Assembly (NCBI GenBank): GCA_017440665.1
Contig: JAFSGU010000073.1
Coordinates: 1-57,365, forward strand
Direction: 5' to 3'
Origin: Clostridia bacterium
GTDB lineage: Bacteria > Bacillota > Clostridia > Oscillospirales > CAG-272
DNA: 57,365 bases
Part shown: one piece after another, positions 1 to 9,234 of the stretch
Layout: the number at the start of each line of letters is the position of its first letter
How positions within the stretch are numbered: position 1 is the stretch's first letter
Translations under genes and position numbers: made by a program
The notes under the pieces: model-generated
The model's database searches: none
The model's input: only the letters and a program-made list of their open reading frames with translations
What the model was told of the DNA's origin: nothing

Positions 1-4
1 AAGC

Positions 5-30
5 GGGACGCCGAGGACGTCGTCCCCTAC
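5..30 (-). repeat. REP-like hairpin; on the minus strand GTAG + 9-bp stem (one mismatch) + 4-nt loop
   Basis: Plus strand reads gggacgccg-agga-cgtcgtccc followed by ctac. Same architecture as 41425-41450 and 41607-41632. Confidence 0.6.
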
Positions 31-133
31 AGGTATTTGTGCATTTTCATCTTAACACAACACCCTCTCTGCTTATTGATAAAGGGCTGTCTCAAATGCG
101 AAATATCGCATTTGAGACAGCCCTTTGTTTTAC

Positions 134-1912
134 TCAGATCATCTCCGCCATTTCGTCAACGGACTTGCCGAAGACTGCAAGAGCGCGGCGTACCGCGTCG
201 GGAGAGGTAAGGTCAATACCGGTGATCTTAAGCTCCTCAATGGGGTAATCACTGCCGCCCGTCTTAAGGAAGCTGAGGTAACGGGTAGCGTCGCCCGTGT
301 CAACGATCTCCTGCGCGATAGCCACCGCGGAACAGAAGCCCGTAGCATACTGATATACGTAGTACGCTCTGTAGAAGTGGGGGATTCTCGCCCACTCGAT
401 GGAGTGAAGCTCCGCTACGTCAACTCCGCTGTAGTAAAGCAGGTTCAGCTCGCGGTAAAGTGCGTTAAGGCTGTCGGCTGTAAGGGGTGTGCCTGCCTTA
501 TGCATGTCGTGTGCCTTTCTTTCAAACTCTGCAAAGAGAGTCTGACGGAATACGGTGGTACGGAAGCCCTCAAGAAAGTGATTCAGCACGTATGCGCGGC
601 GAGCCTTGTCACACTCCGTCTTAAGGAGATATTTCGTTAAAAGCACCTCGTTAACGGTGGACGCAACCTCTGCTACCATGATCTTATAGTCGTGGTTGAC
701 GTAATCCTGCGCCTCGCTTGAGAAGTAGGAGTGCATTGCGTGACCAAGCTCGTGAGCGAGGGTAAATACGTCGTCAAGAGTACCTGTGAAGTTGAGAAGC
801 ACGTAGGGATGTACGCCGTATACGCCGCAGGAGAATGCGCCGGTGGTCTTGCCGCGGTTTTCGTATACGTCGATCCACTTCTCGCTGAACGCGCGGTCAA
901 GAAGCTTTCCGTAAGTCTCACCGAGAGGCTCGCACGCCTTTTTAACAAGCTCACACGCTTCCTCGAAGGTGTAGGTGTTGTCAACGCCGGGGATGATGGG
1001 GCAGTAAAGGTCCTGCATACCGATCTTTTCCATGCCAAGGGCGCGGCATCTGAGATCCGTGTACTTTCTCATGTCGTCAAGACCGTCGTGGATAGCCTCG
1101 ATAAGGCTGTCGTAAACACTTACGGGAACGTTGGATGCGAAAAGAGCCGCCTCGCACGCGGATGCAAATCCGCGCACGTCCGCAAAGTAGGTGTCGAACT
1201 TAACGCTACCCGAGTACATAGCCGCGAAGGTGTTGATGTACTTTTTGAACTCGCCGAAATACTTTTCGTAAGCCTCAAGACGTACTGCGGGGTTCGGATC
1301 GTTAAGATGTACGATGAAGTTACCGTGGGAAAGACCGACGGTCTCACCGTTTCCGTCCTTGATATCGGGGAATGTCATGTCAACGCTCTCAAGCATACCG
1401 AAGGCGTCCTGTGGTGAGCCTGCCGCGTCTCCCAGCATGGCAAGCATCATCTCGCCCTTCTCGTCAAGAGTATGAGCTGCCGCGCGTGCGATATCGTGGA
1501 GAGTGTGTCTGTAGAGAGAAAGCGCATCACTTTCCATGTATGCGTTAAGCTTCTCTTCTCCGAGAGCAAGTATCTCGGGATTCATAAAGGATATCTGAGA
1601 GGAGAACTGCACGTACAGATTTACCGCTCTGCCTGCCATTTCCTGATACTCAGGCTCTCCGTTGTCAGCCTCCTTGTGGAGGAATGCGTAAAGATAAACC
1701 AGCTCAACCTTGCGGCCCGCCTCGAATATCTTGTCAAGACCGTCCTTCAGCGCGTCCTCGCCGTCAGCAAAGGTCCCCTTGATCGCTCCGAGAGCGGATA
1801 CAGCCTCAGCCGCCTCGGCATAAGCCGCCTCCCATGCTTCCTTGCTTTCAAAAATATGCGTAAAATCCCACATGTAACGGGGATCCATTTCACGTCTGCT
1901 TTTAAGTGCCAT
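134..1912 (-). CDS. pepF: oligoendopeptidase F (M3B metallopeptidase)
   Basis: HELGHAMH zinc motif and full-length M3-like ORF. Start chosen at MALKSRREMDPRYMWD with an upstream GAAAGG; the track ORF extends to 1957. Confidence 0.9.
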   Translation of the reverse strand: MALKSRREMDPRYMWDFTHIFESKEAWEAAYAEAAEAVSALGAIKGTFADGEDALKDGLDKIFEAGRKVELVYLYAFLHKEADNGEPEYQEMAGRAVNLYVQFSSQISFMNPEILALGEEKLNAYMESDALSLYRHTLHDIARAAAHTLDEKGEMMLAMLGDAAGSPQDAFGMLESVDMTFPDIKDGNGETVGLSHGNFIVHLNDPNPAVRLEAYEKYFGEFKKYINTFAAMYSGSVKFDTYFADVRGFASACEAALFASNVPVSVYDSLIEAIHDGLDDMRKYTDLRCRALGMEKIGMQDLYCPIIPGVDNTYTFEEACELVKKACEPLGETYGKLLDRAFSEKWIDVYENRGKTTGAFSCGVYGVHPYVLLNFTGTLDDVFTLAHELGHAMHSYFSSEAQDYVNHDYKIMVAEVASTVNEVLLTKYLLKTECDKARRAYVLNHFLEGFRTTVFRQTLFAEFERKAHDMHKAGTPLTADSLNALYRELNLLYYSGVDVAELHSIEWARIPHFYRAYYVYQYATGFCSAVAIAQEIVDTGDATRYLSFLKTGGSDYPIEELKITGIDLTSPDAVRRALAVFGKSVDEMAEMI

Positions 1913-2005
1913 ATATAAATGCCTTTCTTTTATATTATTTATTGTGTCAGCATACATTGTATCTGCATTTTTGCGGACAAGTATGCATACTCTTTAGCGT
2001 GAAGA

Positions 2006-2254
2006 TCAGAGAGCAGCCTTCTTAAGCTCCTCGATGCACTTCTTGCATATCTTCTTATCATTGTAGTTTACTATGTCCTCGACATCACCGCAGAAGATGC
2101 AGGAGGGCTCGTACTTCTTGAGGATCACGCGGTCCTTCTCAACGAATATCTCAACACCGTCACCGGAATTAAGCTCAAGTCTCTTTCTTGTTTCGATGGG
2201 AAGCACGATTCTTCCAAGCTCGTCAATTTTTCTTACGATTCCTAAAGATTTCAT
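2006..2254 (-). CDS. AbrB/SpoVT-family DNA-binding protein with C-terminal CxxC...CxxC zinc-ribbon-like tail
   Basis: N-terminus MKSLGIVRKIDELGRIVLPIETRKRL is a SpoVT-AbrB swapped-hairpin motif. C-terminus has CIFCG...CKKC. GGAGAC lies upstream of the internal ATG. Confidence 0.8.
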   Translation of the reverse strand: MKSLGIVRKIDELGRIVLPIETRKRLELNSGDGVEIFVEKDRVILKKYEPSCIFCGDVEDIVNYNDKKICKKCIEELKKAAL

Positions 2255-2419
2255 ATTTTGTCTCCTTTTTATCCGTTTTATTCCGTATTTCTCGGGATAT
2301 CCCCCATTTGTGACATATTTTACCACATATTGGCAGCGTTGTCAATGTCGAAAAAGGTAATATTTGTAAATAAACGGTTAAAAACCATATATATTGTGTT
2401 TTCTAAAACGGAGGGTACT

Positions 2420-3007
2420 ATGCTTGGTAAATGTTTTTTCCTGATATGTGTTATTTCCGTTGCCGCATCCGTCTTTACGGGTAACGTTTCAGCTCTGTCG
2501 GACGCCGTTCTCGAGGGCGCCGCACGCGGGGTGGAGCTTGTGTTGACCATGGCGGGAATGATGTGTCTGTGGGGCGGGATAATGGAGGTCTTCCGCACGG
2601 CGGGAGCGCTCGAAAAGCTTTCACGGCTGCTTTCACCCATCCTGAAGCGTATATTCCCCAAAGCCTTTTCCACAGGTGTGGGAAAAGAGGAGATCATCGC
2701 TACGGTGTCCGCCAATATGCTGGGGATATCCTCTGCCGCCACTCCCTTTGCGCTTAAAGCCATGGAGAAGCTTGACGAGGTGAACGACATCCCCCATACG
2801 GCAAGCGACGATATGGTAACTCTTGCCGTGCTCGGGTGCTCGTCAATAAGTCTGTTTCCCACCACGGTCATCGCTCTCCGCCACGCCGCAGGCTCTGCGG
2901 CGCCATACAGCGTAGTGGTACCCATATGGATATGCTCACTTATCTGTACCGCATCCGTCCTTCTGCTGTGCAGTCTGACCCGAAGAAAAAACAGGGGACA
3001 GCTATGA
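2420..3007 (+). CDS. spmA: spore maturation protein A (nucleoside-recognition domain membrane protein)
   Basis: Membrane protein resembling SpmA, with GGAGGG RBS before MLGKCFF. Its stop overlaps the start of the next gene. Confidence 0.8.
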   Translation: MLGKCFFLICVISVAASVFTGNVSALSDAVLEGAARGVELVLTMAGMMCLWGGIMEVFRTAGALEKLSRLLSPILKRIFPKAFSTGVGKEEIIATVSANMLGISSAATPFALKAMEKLDEVNDIPHTASDDMVTLAVLGCSSISLFPTTVIALRHAAGSAAPYSVVVPIWICSLICTASVLLLCSLTRRKNRGQL

Positions 3008-3537
3008 TCGGGCTTATATCATCACTTGTGATACCTGCGGTATTGCTGAGCGCAGGTATGTTGATGTTCCGTCGAGGTGAGTATTTCAACGCATTCGTCA
3101 AAGGGGCTATGGACGGGCTGAAATGCACAGCAGAGCTGGTGCCCACCATGGTCATTCTGATATCTGCCCTGTATATGTTCACGAAAGGCGGTGCCGCAGA
3201 GCTTTTGACAAGGCTTTTTACACCCTTATGCGAGTCCTTGCGCCTTCCCGCGGAGATCGTCCCCCTTGCGGTGACCCGTCCCGTGTCGGGCTCAGCCGCT
3301 ACGGCTACCTTTGCATCTCTGCTTGAGGTCTGCGGTGCTGACAGCTATCCCGCAATAACCGCCGCCATTATGATGGGCAGCTCCGACACTCTCGTTTACG
3401 TCATCGCTGTATACTTCAGCAAGACCCGCGTCAAAAGCACCGTCCGGGTATTTGCAATAGCCGCCATCGGAAGCCTGCTGTGTCTGTTTTTGTCATCCGT
3501 CCTTGCACGGGTATTTTTTTTAGGAGACTGTATATGA
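3004..3537 (+). CDS. spmB: spore maturation protein B
   Basis: ATGA overlap with spmA. Hydrophobic SpmB-like sequence MIGLISSLVIPAVLL... Confidence 0.8.
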   Translation: MIGLISSLVIPAVLLSAGMLMFRRGEYFNAFVKGAMDGLKCTAELVPTMVILISALYMFTKGGAAELLTRLFTPLCESLRLPAEIVPLAVTRPVSGSAATATFASLLEVCGADSYPAITAAIMMGSSDTLVYVIAVYFSKTRVKSTVRVFAIAAIGSLLCLFLSSVLARVFFLGDCI

Positions 3538-3872
3538 AAAGGCTGTCGGGGAAAAGATGGAATAAAACGGATACAAAGGAGAATGAAAACGTGGTACGCG
3601 GCTGTGAAAAACGAATTTATTACGTGAAAAATCCCGACAGCGAGATATTTGACGAGGCATATCTTATCCTCAGACGTCAGGAAAGGGGAAAGAGGATGTC
3701 CCCCCGTGACATCGAAAACGAGGCGATGCGGATACTGAGCAGTGCCACGGGAAGCGAAAGCCGTCCGTCAAACAGGCGTGACCGACGGCTGGTGAAGGCG
3801 TTTTTGGCGGGGGCATTGCTGTCCGCAGTCACTATTCTCGCCATCAGCCTTGTAATATGGCTCCTGCTTTGA
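3534..3872 (+). CDS. hypothetical protein with C-terminal transmembrane helix
   Basis: ATG overlaps the spmB stop, with a GGAGAC RBS. Basic N-terminus and a C-terminal hydrophobic segment LLSAVTILAISLVIWLLL. Confidence 0.5.
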   Translation: MKRLSGKRWNKTDTKENENVVRGCEKRIYYVKNPDSEIFDEAYLILRRQERGKRMSPRDIENEAMRILSSATGSESRPSNRRDRRLVKAFLAGALLSAVTILAISLVIWLLL

Positions 3873-3891
3873 TAAAAATAACATTTTTTCC

Positions 3892-3920
3892 TTGACCGCA
3901 GAGTGAATTTGCTGTATAAT
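3892..3920 (+). promoter_or_regulatory. sigma-A-type promoter candidate for the rnj leader
   Basis: TTGACC, 17-nt spacer, TATAAT. Confidence 0.5.
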
Positions 3921-4213
3921 AAAAGATGTAGTATTCTGCTCCCGTCTGCGTATGAGCGTTGTATCGCAGACCTTAACAAAAGGAGCCGAAATATCCTATA
4001 TTTTAAAATCGCACTTCCCGTATCGGGCACAGTCTCCGCCGCCTTCGGAGACGTGAGTGCGCAGTTTTCCCGTTATGCACGGCATCGCATCGGCTTTTTG
4101 CAGGGCGACAGTCGGGCGTTTTCTGCTGTGCTTTTTTAGTTATACATAGGTATAACGCTTAGTATTTTTACAGTGTGCGGCTACACCGCATGATCATGAA
4201 AGGACGGACAAAA

Positions 4214-5917
4214 GTGTCAAAAAAGAAAAACAAAGTTGAAAAGGTTACGGAAAAGCAGCCTGCTCAGAAGCTGAGAGTAATGATGCTGGGCGGTCTTAAC
4301 GAGATCGGAAAGAACCTGACCGTTATCGAATACGGCGACAATATCATAATCATCGACTGCGGTATCGCATTCCCCGATGAGGACATGCCGGGTATCGACC
4401 TTATCATCCCCGATTTCACATACCTTGAAAAGAATTTCGATAAGATACGCGGAATCCTTATCACCCACGGTCACGAGGACCATATCGGTGCCATTCCCTA
4501 TCTTCTGAAGCAGATAAACGTTCCCGTTTACGGAACGCGCCTTACCCACGGTATTCTCGAAAACAAGCTTGCCGAGCACAAACTTCTCGGTGAGCGTACT
4601 CTCGTCACCGTTGAAGCGGGCGACATTGTATCGCTGGGCGTATTCAAGGCTGAATTCATAAGAGTAAACCACTCCATCGCAGACGCTTGCTGTATCGCTG
4701 TCACCACCCCCGTGGGCGTTGTGTTCCATACGGGTGACTTCAAGCTTGACGTTTCCCCCGTAGCGGGAGAGATGATGGACCTGACCCGTATAGGCGAATA
4801 CGGCAGACAGGGAGTTCTCCTCATGCTTTGCGAATCCACCAACGTGGAGAGAAGCGGATTCACCCCCTCGGAAAGACGCGTCGGATTTTCTCTCGACAAC
4901 ATCTTCATGCAGAACCACGACAAGCGTATCATCATCGCCACGTTCTCCTCTAACGTACACCGCGTACAGCAGATCATCAATACCAGCGTGAAATTCGGAC
5001 GTAAGGTTGCCATCACCGGACGCAGTATGATAAACGTAGTAGGCGCGGCGACCCGTCTGGGCTACATGGAGGTTCCCGAAAACGTGCTTATCGACATTTC
5101 CGAGATAGGACGTTATCCTCAGGAAATGATAACCATCATCACCACCGGTTCTCAGGGTGAGCCTATGTCCGCTCTGTACCGCATGGCGTTCTCCGACCAC
5201 AACCAGGTGTCTCTCACCTCCCAGGATCTTGTGGTGCTTTCCTCCCACGCCATCCCCGGCAACGAAAAGCTGGTCGGCAGAGTTATCAACGAGATGTACC
5301 GCAGAGGTGTCAACGTATACCACGATGACGACGAGGTCCACGTATCGGGACACGCCTGCAGCGAAGAGCTAAAACTGATGCACGCCCTCGTAAGACCTAA
5401 GTTCTTCATGCCTATTCACGGTGAATACCGTCACCTGATGCAACACAAGGAGCTTGCGGAATTCATGGGTATGGATCCCCGCAACGTCTTCGTATGCGAC
5501 AACGGTCACGTTCTGGAGCTTGACCGTGAGACCTGTAAGCGCGGCGTACCCGTGCCCGCAGGCAGAACTCTTGTTGACGGATACGGCGTAGGTGATGTGG
5601 GCAACATCGTTCTCCGCGACAGACGCCACTTGGCGCAGGACGGTCTTATCGTTATTGTCGCTACCGTTGACGTTGATCAGAATTATCTTATCTCCGGTCC
5701 CGACATTATCTCACGCGGCTTCGTATACGTGAGAGAAAGCGAAGAGCTTATGGACGAGGTACGCGAGATCGCCCGTAACACTCTCACCGAAATGCTTGAC
5801 TCAGGTGTTACCGAATGGACACAGCTTAAGCAGAATACGAAGGACGCATTATCAAAATTCTTATATTCAAAGACCAAGCGCCGACCCATGATACTTCCCG
5901 TTATCATGAACGTGTGA
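4214..5917 (+). CDS. rnj: ribonuclease J
   Basis: Metallo-beta-lactamase motif HGHEDHIG and beta-CASP layout. GTG start chosen after AAAGGA; the track ORF begins at 4175, so the start is uncertain. Confidence 0.9.
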   Translation: MSKKKNKVEKVTEKQPAQKLRVMMLGGLNEIGKNLTVIEYGDNIIIIDCGIAFPDEDMPGIDLIIPDFTYLEKNFDKIRGILITHGHEDHIGAIPYLLKQINVPVYGTRLTHGILENKLAEHKLLGERTLVTVEAGDIVSLGVFKAEFIRVNHSIADACCIAVTTPVGVVFHTGDFKLDVSPVAGEMMDLTRIGEYGRQGVLLMLCESTNVERSGFTPSERRVGFSLDNIFMQNHDKRIIIATFSSNVHRVQQIINTSVKFGRKVAITGRSMINVVGAATRLGYMEVPENVLIDISEIGRYPQEMITIITTGSQGEPMSALYRMAFSDHNQVSLTSQDLVVLSSHAIPGNEKLVGRVINEMYRRGVNVYHDDDEVHVSGHACSEELKLMHALVRPKFFMPIHGEYRHLMQHKELAEFMGMDPRNVFVCDNGHVLELDRETCKRGVPVPAGRTLVDGYGVGDVGNIVLRDRRHLAQDGLIVIVATVDVDQNYLISGPDIISRGFVYVRESEELMDEVREIARNTLTEMLDSGVTEWTQLKQNTKDALSKFLYSKTKRRPMILPVIMNV

Positions 5918-5948
5918 GGTACAAAATTCCCCACGAGAGGACTTATAA

Positions 5949-7226
5949 ATGAAAAAGAAACCTGAACTTTTATCCCCTGCGGGGAATCCCGAAAAGCTGA
6001 GAGCCGCCGTTCTGTACGGCGCTGATGCTGTATACCTTGCGGGCAAGATGTTCGGTATGCGTGCCGCTTCAGGCAACTTCTCAAACGAGGAGCTTGAGTG
6101 GGCAGTATCCTACTGTCACGAAAGAGGCGTTAAAGTATACGTCACCCTTAACGTAATGCCCCGTACCGACGAATATCCCGCTCTCACCGAATACGTCACC
6201 TTCCTTCGCGATCTTGGCGCTGACGCAGTTATAGTCGGTGACCTGGGTGTTTTCTCCCTCGTACGCGAGATAGCGCCTGACCTTGACATACACGTATCAA
6301 CTCAGGCGTCAGCAGTATCCGCCGCGTCATGCATGGCGTGGTACAGAATGGGCGCAAAGCGAATCGTTCTCGCCCGCGAGCTTACCTTCCGCGAGATCAT
6401 GGATATAAAAAATAATATCCCCGATGACCTGGAGCTTGAAGCATTCGTTCACGGCGCTATGTGCATCTCCTACAGCGGAAGATGCCTGCTTTCCAACTAC
6501 TTCACGGGACGTGACGCCAACCACGGCACCTGCGTTCAGTCCTGCCGTTGGATATACTCCCCCGTTGCCGATCCCGCGCGTGAGATAAACCTCTCCGAGA
6601 CCAACAGACCCGCCCCTGCGGTTGCCGTTGCGGCTGTTGAAGACGGCGGTGACACCTTCTTCATGTCCTCACGCGACACATCCATGATAGAGCACATCCG
6701 TGAGCTTGAGGAGTCGGGAATCGCCTCCTATAAGATCGAGGGCAGAGTCAAGAGCGCGTATTACACAGCAGTAGTTACCAACACCTACCGTATGGCTCTC
6801 GACGAATACCGCCGCGATCCTGACGCTTACGTGACCCGTCCCGAGTGGATAGTTGAGCTTGACAGCGTAAGCCACAGAGAGTACGGCACAGGCTTCTACT
6901 TCACACCTCCCCATGAGGACGCAAACACCGTTACCATGCACGGCTACATCAGAGAAAAGGCGTACATCGGCACAGCCGTCAAAACTGTCGATACCCCAGA
7001 CGAGGACGGACTTTACGACGCATACTTTATTGAGCGCAACAAGCTGGTCCGCGGTGAGCGTGTGGAGATAATCTCCCCCGGCAAGATAGGACGCGGCTTT
7101 ACCGCAGACTCTCTCAGAGACGAAAAGGGCGAGGATATCGAGTCAGCCCCCCATCCCGGCATGATCTTCCGCGTGAAGGTCCCCTTCCCCGTTATGGAGG
7201 GTGACATCATCCGCGGCGGAAATTAA
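5949..7226 (+). CDS. peptidase U32 family protein
   Basis: U32 signature region EAFVHGAMCISYSGRCLLSNY. Confidence 0.85.
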   Translation: MKKKPELLSPAGNPEKLRAAVLYGADAVYLAGKMFGMRAASGNFSNEELEWAVSYCHERGVKVYVTLNVMPRTDEYPALTEYVTFLRDLGADAVIVGDLGVFSLVREIAPDLDIHVSTQASAVSAASCMAWYRMGAKRIVLARELTFREIMDIKNNIPDDLELEAFVHGAMCISYSGRCLLSNYFTGRDANHGTCVQSCRWIYSPVADPAREINLSETNRPAPAVAVAAVEDGGDTFFMSSRDTSMIEHIRELEESGIASYKIEGRVKSAYYTAVVTNTYRMALDEYRRDPDAYVTRPEWIVELDSVSHREYGTGFYFTPPHEDANTVTMHGYIREKAYIGTAVKTVDTPDEDGLYDAYFIERNKLVRGERVEIISPGKIGRGFTADSLRDEKGEDIESAPHPGMIFRVKVPFPVMEGDIIRGGN

Positions 7227-7238
7227 GGAGGCGTACAT

Positions 7239-8063
7239 ATGGTACAGTTTTTAGAAATACTCAGGACTCTCTTCCTCGGTATCGTTGAAGGTATCACCGA
7301 ATGGCTTCCCATCAGCAGTACCGGCCACATGATCTTAGTCAACGAATTTATCGGCGGGGAGGCAGGCTTCTTCGGAGAAGACCTTTTCCTGTACGGAATA
7401 CAGCTTGGCGCGATCTTAGCGATCGTAACGCTGTACTTCAAACGTCTTAATCCCTTTGCCCCCTCAAAAAGTGCAGACGAAAAGCGCGCCACCTGGCAGA
7501 TGTGGTTCAAAGTAATAGCCGCTTGCGTGCCTGCCGCCGTTATCGGTCTTGCACTGAACGACTTCATGGAAAAGTTCGAAAACTGGATGGTGATCAGCGC
7601 AATGCTTATCATCTACGGTATCGGCTTTATCGCAGTTGAGGCTTACAACCGCAAGAAAGGTGCTAAGATCACCTCCATCGATAACATGAGCTACAAGACA
7701 GCGCTCCTTATCGGTGCTTTCCAGGTGTTGTCCATAGTACCCGGCACCTCCCGCTCAGGCGCTACGATACTCGGTGCCATTATCCTCGGATGCTCCCGCG
7801 AGATCGCCGCTGAGTTCTCATTCTTCCTTGCTATACCCGTAATGTTCGGCGTAAGCTTTTTAAAGCTGGTCACAAACGACTACATAATGACAGGCTGGGA
7901 ATGGGTTATCCTCGGCGTCGCAATGGCTGTGGCTTACGTGGTCTCCATGGCCGCCGTAAAATTCCTCACAGACTTCGTGAAGAAGCATGACTTTAAGGTA
8001 TTCGGTTACTACCGCATCATACTTGGTGCAATAGTCATCGCATACTTCCTCATATTCGCATAA
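7239..8063 (+). CDS. uppP: undecaprenyl-diphosphate phosphatase
   Basis: EGITEWLPISSTGH and PGTSRSGATI motifs; polytopic membrane protein. Confidence 0.9.
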   Translation: MVQFLEILRTLFLGIVEGITEWLPISSTGHMILVNEFIGGEAGFFGEDLFLYGIQLGAILAIVTLYFKRLNPFAPSKSADEKRATWQMWFKVIAACVPAAVIGLALNDFMEKFENWMVISAMLIIYGIGFIAVEAYNRKKGAKITSIDNMSYKTALLIGAFQVLSIVPGTSRSGATILGAIILGCSREIAAEFSFFLAIPVMFGVSFLKLVTNDYIMTGWEWVILGVAMAVAYVVSMAAVKFLTDFVKKHDFKVFGYYRIILGAIVIAYFLIFA

Positions 8064-8197
8064 CACCTCACGTGATCGGTGCGCCTCGGTATTTCCGCGA
8101 CGCGCCGATTTTTCGTGCCGCCTCTGCTATTGACTTTACTCTTTGCGGAAGATATAATATTAACAGTATTAATTACCTGTTACAAAGGGAGAATAAA

Positions 8198-8620
8198 ATG
8201 GACTTATATAACAAACAGACGGACCTTCTTTTAAAAATCATGCTTGAAAACTCGCGGCTTCCCTATCAGGAGGAGTTGGCTGAATTCTCTCACGGAGAGC
8301 TCGCAATACTCGTATATCTGCGCAACGATTGCTCAGGGGTAACCTCGGGAGAGCTTGCCGATGCCCTTGCCATGACGCTCCCACGAATGTCCGCCGCCAT
8401 ATCGGGACTTATAAAAAAAGGACTCGTGTACAAATTGACCGATGAAGCCGACAGAAGAAAAACACGTATATATATCACCCCCGCAGGCATCACCCACGTT
8501 GGCGAAAAGGAAGCGAAGCTGAGAGATCAGACAGCAAATCTTATCACGGAGCTTGGGGAAAACGACGCCCGCGAATTCATCAGGATTTCCAAGCTGATAC
8601 ACAGCTTATGCAAGCTGTAA
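8198..8620 (+). CDS. MarR family transcriptional regulator
   Basis: Winged-helix region SGELADALAMTLPRMSAAISGLIKKGLV...DRRKTRIYITPAG. ATG follows AAAGGGAG. Confidence 0.8.
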   Translation: MDLYNKQTDLLLKIMLENSRLPYQEELAEFSHGELAILVYLRNDCSGVTSGELADALAMTLPRMSAAISGLIKKGLVYKLTDEADRRKTRIYITPAGITHVGEKEAKLRDQTANLITELGENDAREFIRISKLIHSLCKL

Positions 8621-8787
8621 AGCATCTGACAGAGATATTCCGTTTTTATTCCTTGAAGAAAATTTCCACTTTGGAACTGTCATTGACATTTTGATGTAAA
8701 TAGCCAAAATTTCTCCATTTTTGATAAATTTCTTGGCAATTTCTATGCTTTTTATACATAAATATTAGTATTTCTCCAATTTTTCTC

Positions 8788-8816
8788 TTGACTTTGAAAT
8801 TTCAATATGTTAAAAT
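8788..8816 (+). promoter_or_regulatory. sigma-A-type promoter candidate for the second abrB-like gene
   Basis: TTGACT, 17-nt spacer, TAAAAT, about 135 nt upstream of the ATG at 8954. Confidence 0.55.
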
Positions 8817-8953
8817 ATTATTGTATGAGTTAGCGCGTTAGACGCGCAAATAAAATCACTTGAAGGACAGATCTTCAACCGTACGGTCACGGCTTTTCCG
8901 CACAGAATGTTGGTATGTCCTCGCAGCAAATCATTTATTTTCAGGAGTTCTTT

Positions 8954-9175
8954 ATGGAAAGAAGAGTTGACGAACTGGGACGTGTCGTTATCCCAAATCA
9001 CATTAGAAAGGCACTCGAGCTTGAGCCTAAGACCAAGGTAAAGTTCGAGGTCAGCGGAAAATCTGTTATTGTCAGCAAGGCATATCCCACGTGCATCATC
9101 TGCGGAAGCGAAAAGGATCTTACCGAGGTAAAGGGTAAGCACGTTTGCGCCGATTGCAGAAGACAGCTCATCTAA
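8954..9175 (+). CDS. AbrB/SpoVT-family DNA-binding protein with C-terminal CxxC...CxxC tail (paralogue of 2006-2254)
   Basis: MERRVDELGRVVIPNHIRKALEL plus CIICG...CADC. CAGGAG RBS. Confidence 0.8.
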   Translation: MERRVDELGRVVIPNHIRKALELEPKTKVKFEVSGKSVIVSKAYPTCIICGSEKDLTEVKGKHVCADCRRQLI

Positions 9176-9188
9176 AGCAAACAGTAAA

Positions 9189-9233
9189 GATCCCCGAAAC
9201 TTCAGACGTGACTGAAGCTTCGGGGATTTTTAT
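9189..9233. terminator. bidirectional intrinsic terminator between convergent genes
   Basis: Long stem atccccgaa.cttcag / ctgaagcttcggggat followed by a T-run. Confidence 0.7.
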
Positions 9234-9234
9234 T

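Noticed and set aside
4217-5353. 378-aa ORF on the minus strand inside rnj
   Set aside because: It is fully antisense to a strongly supported RNase J gene, has low-complexity composition and no recognisable motifs. It is a shadow ORF.
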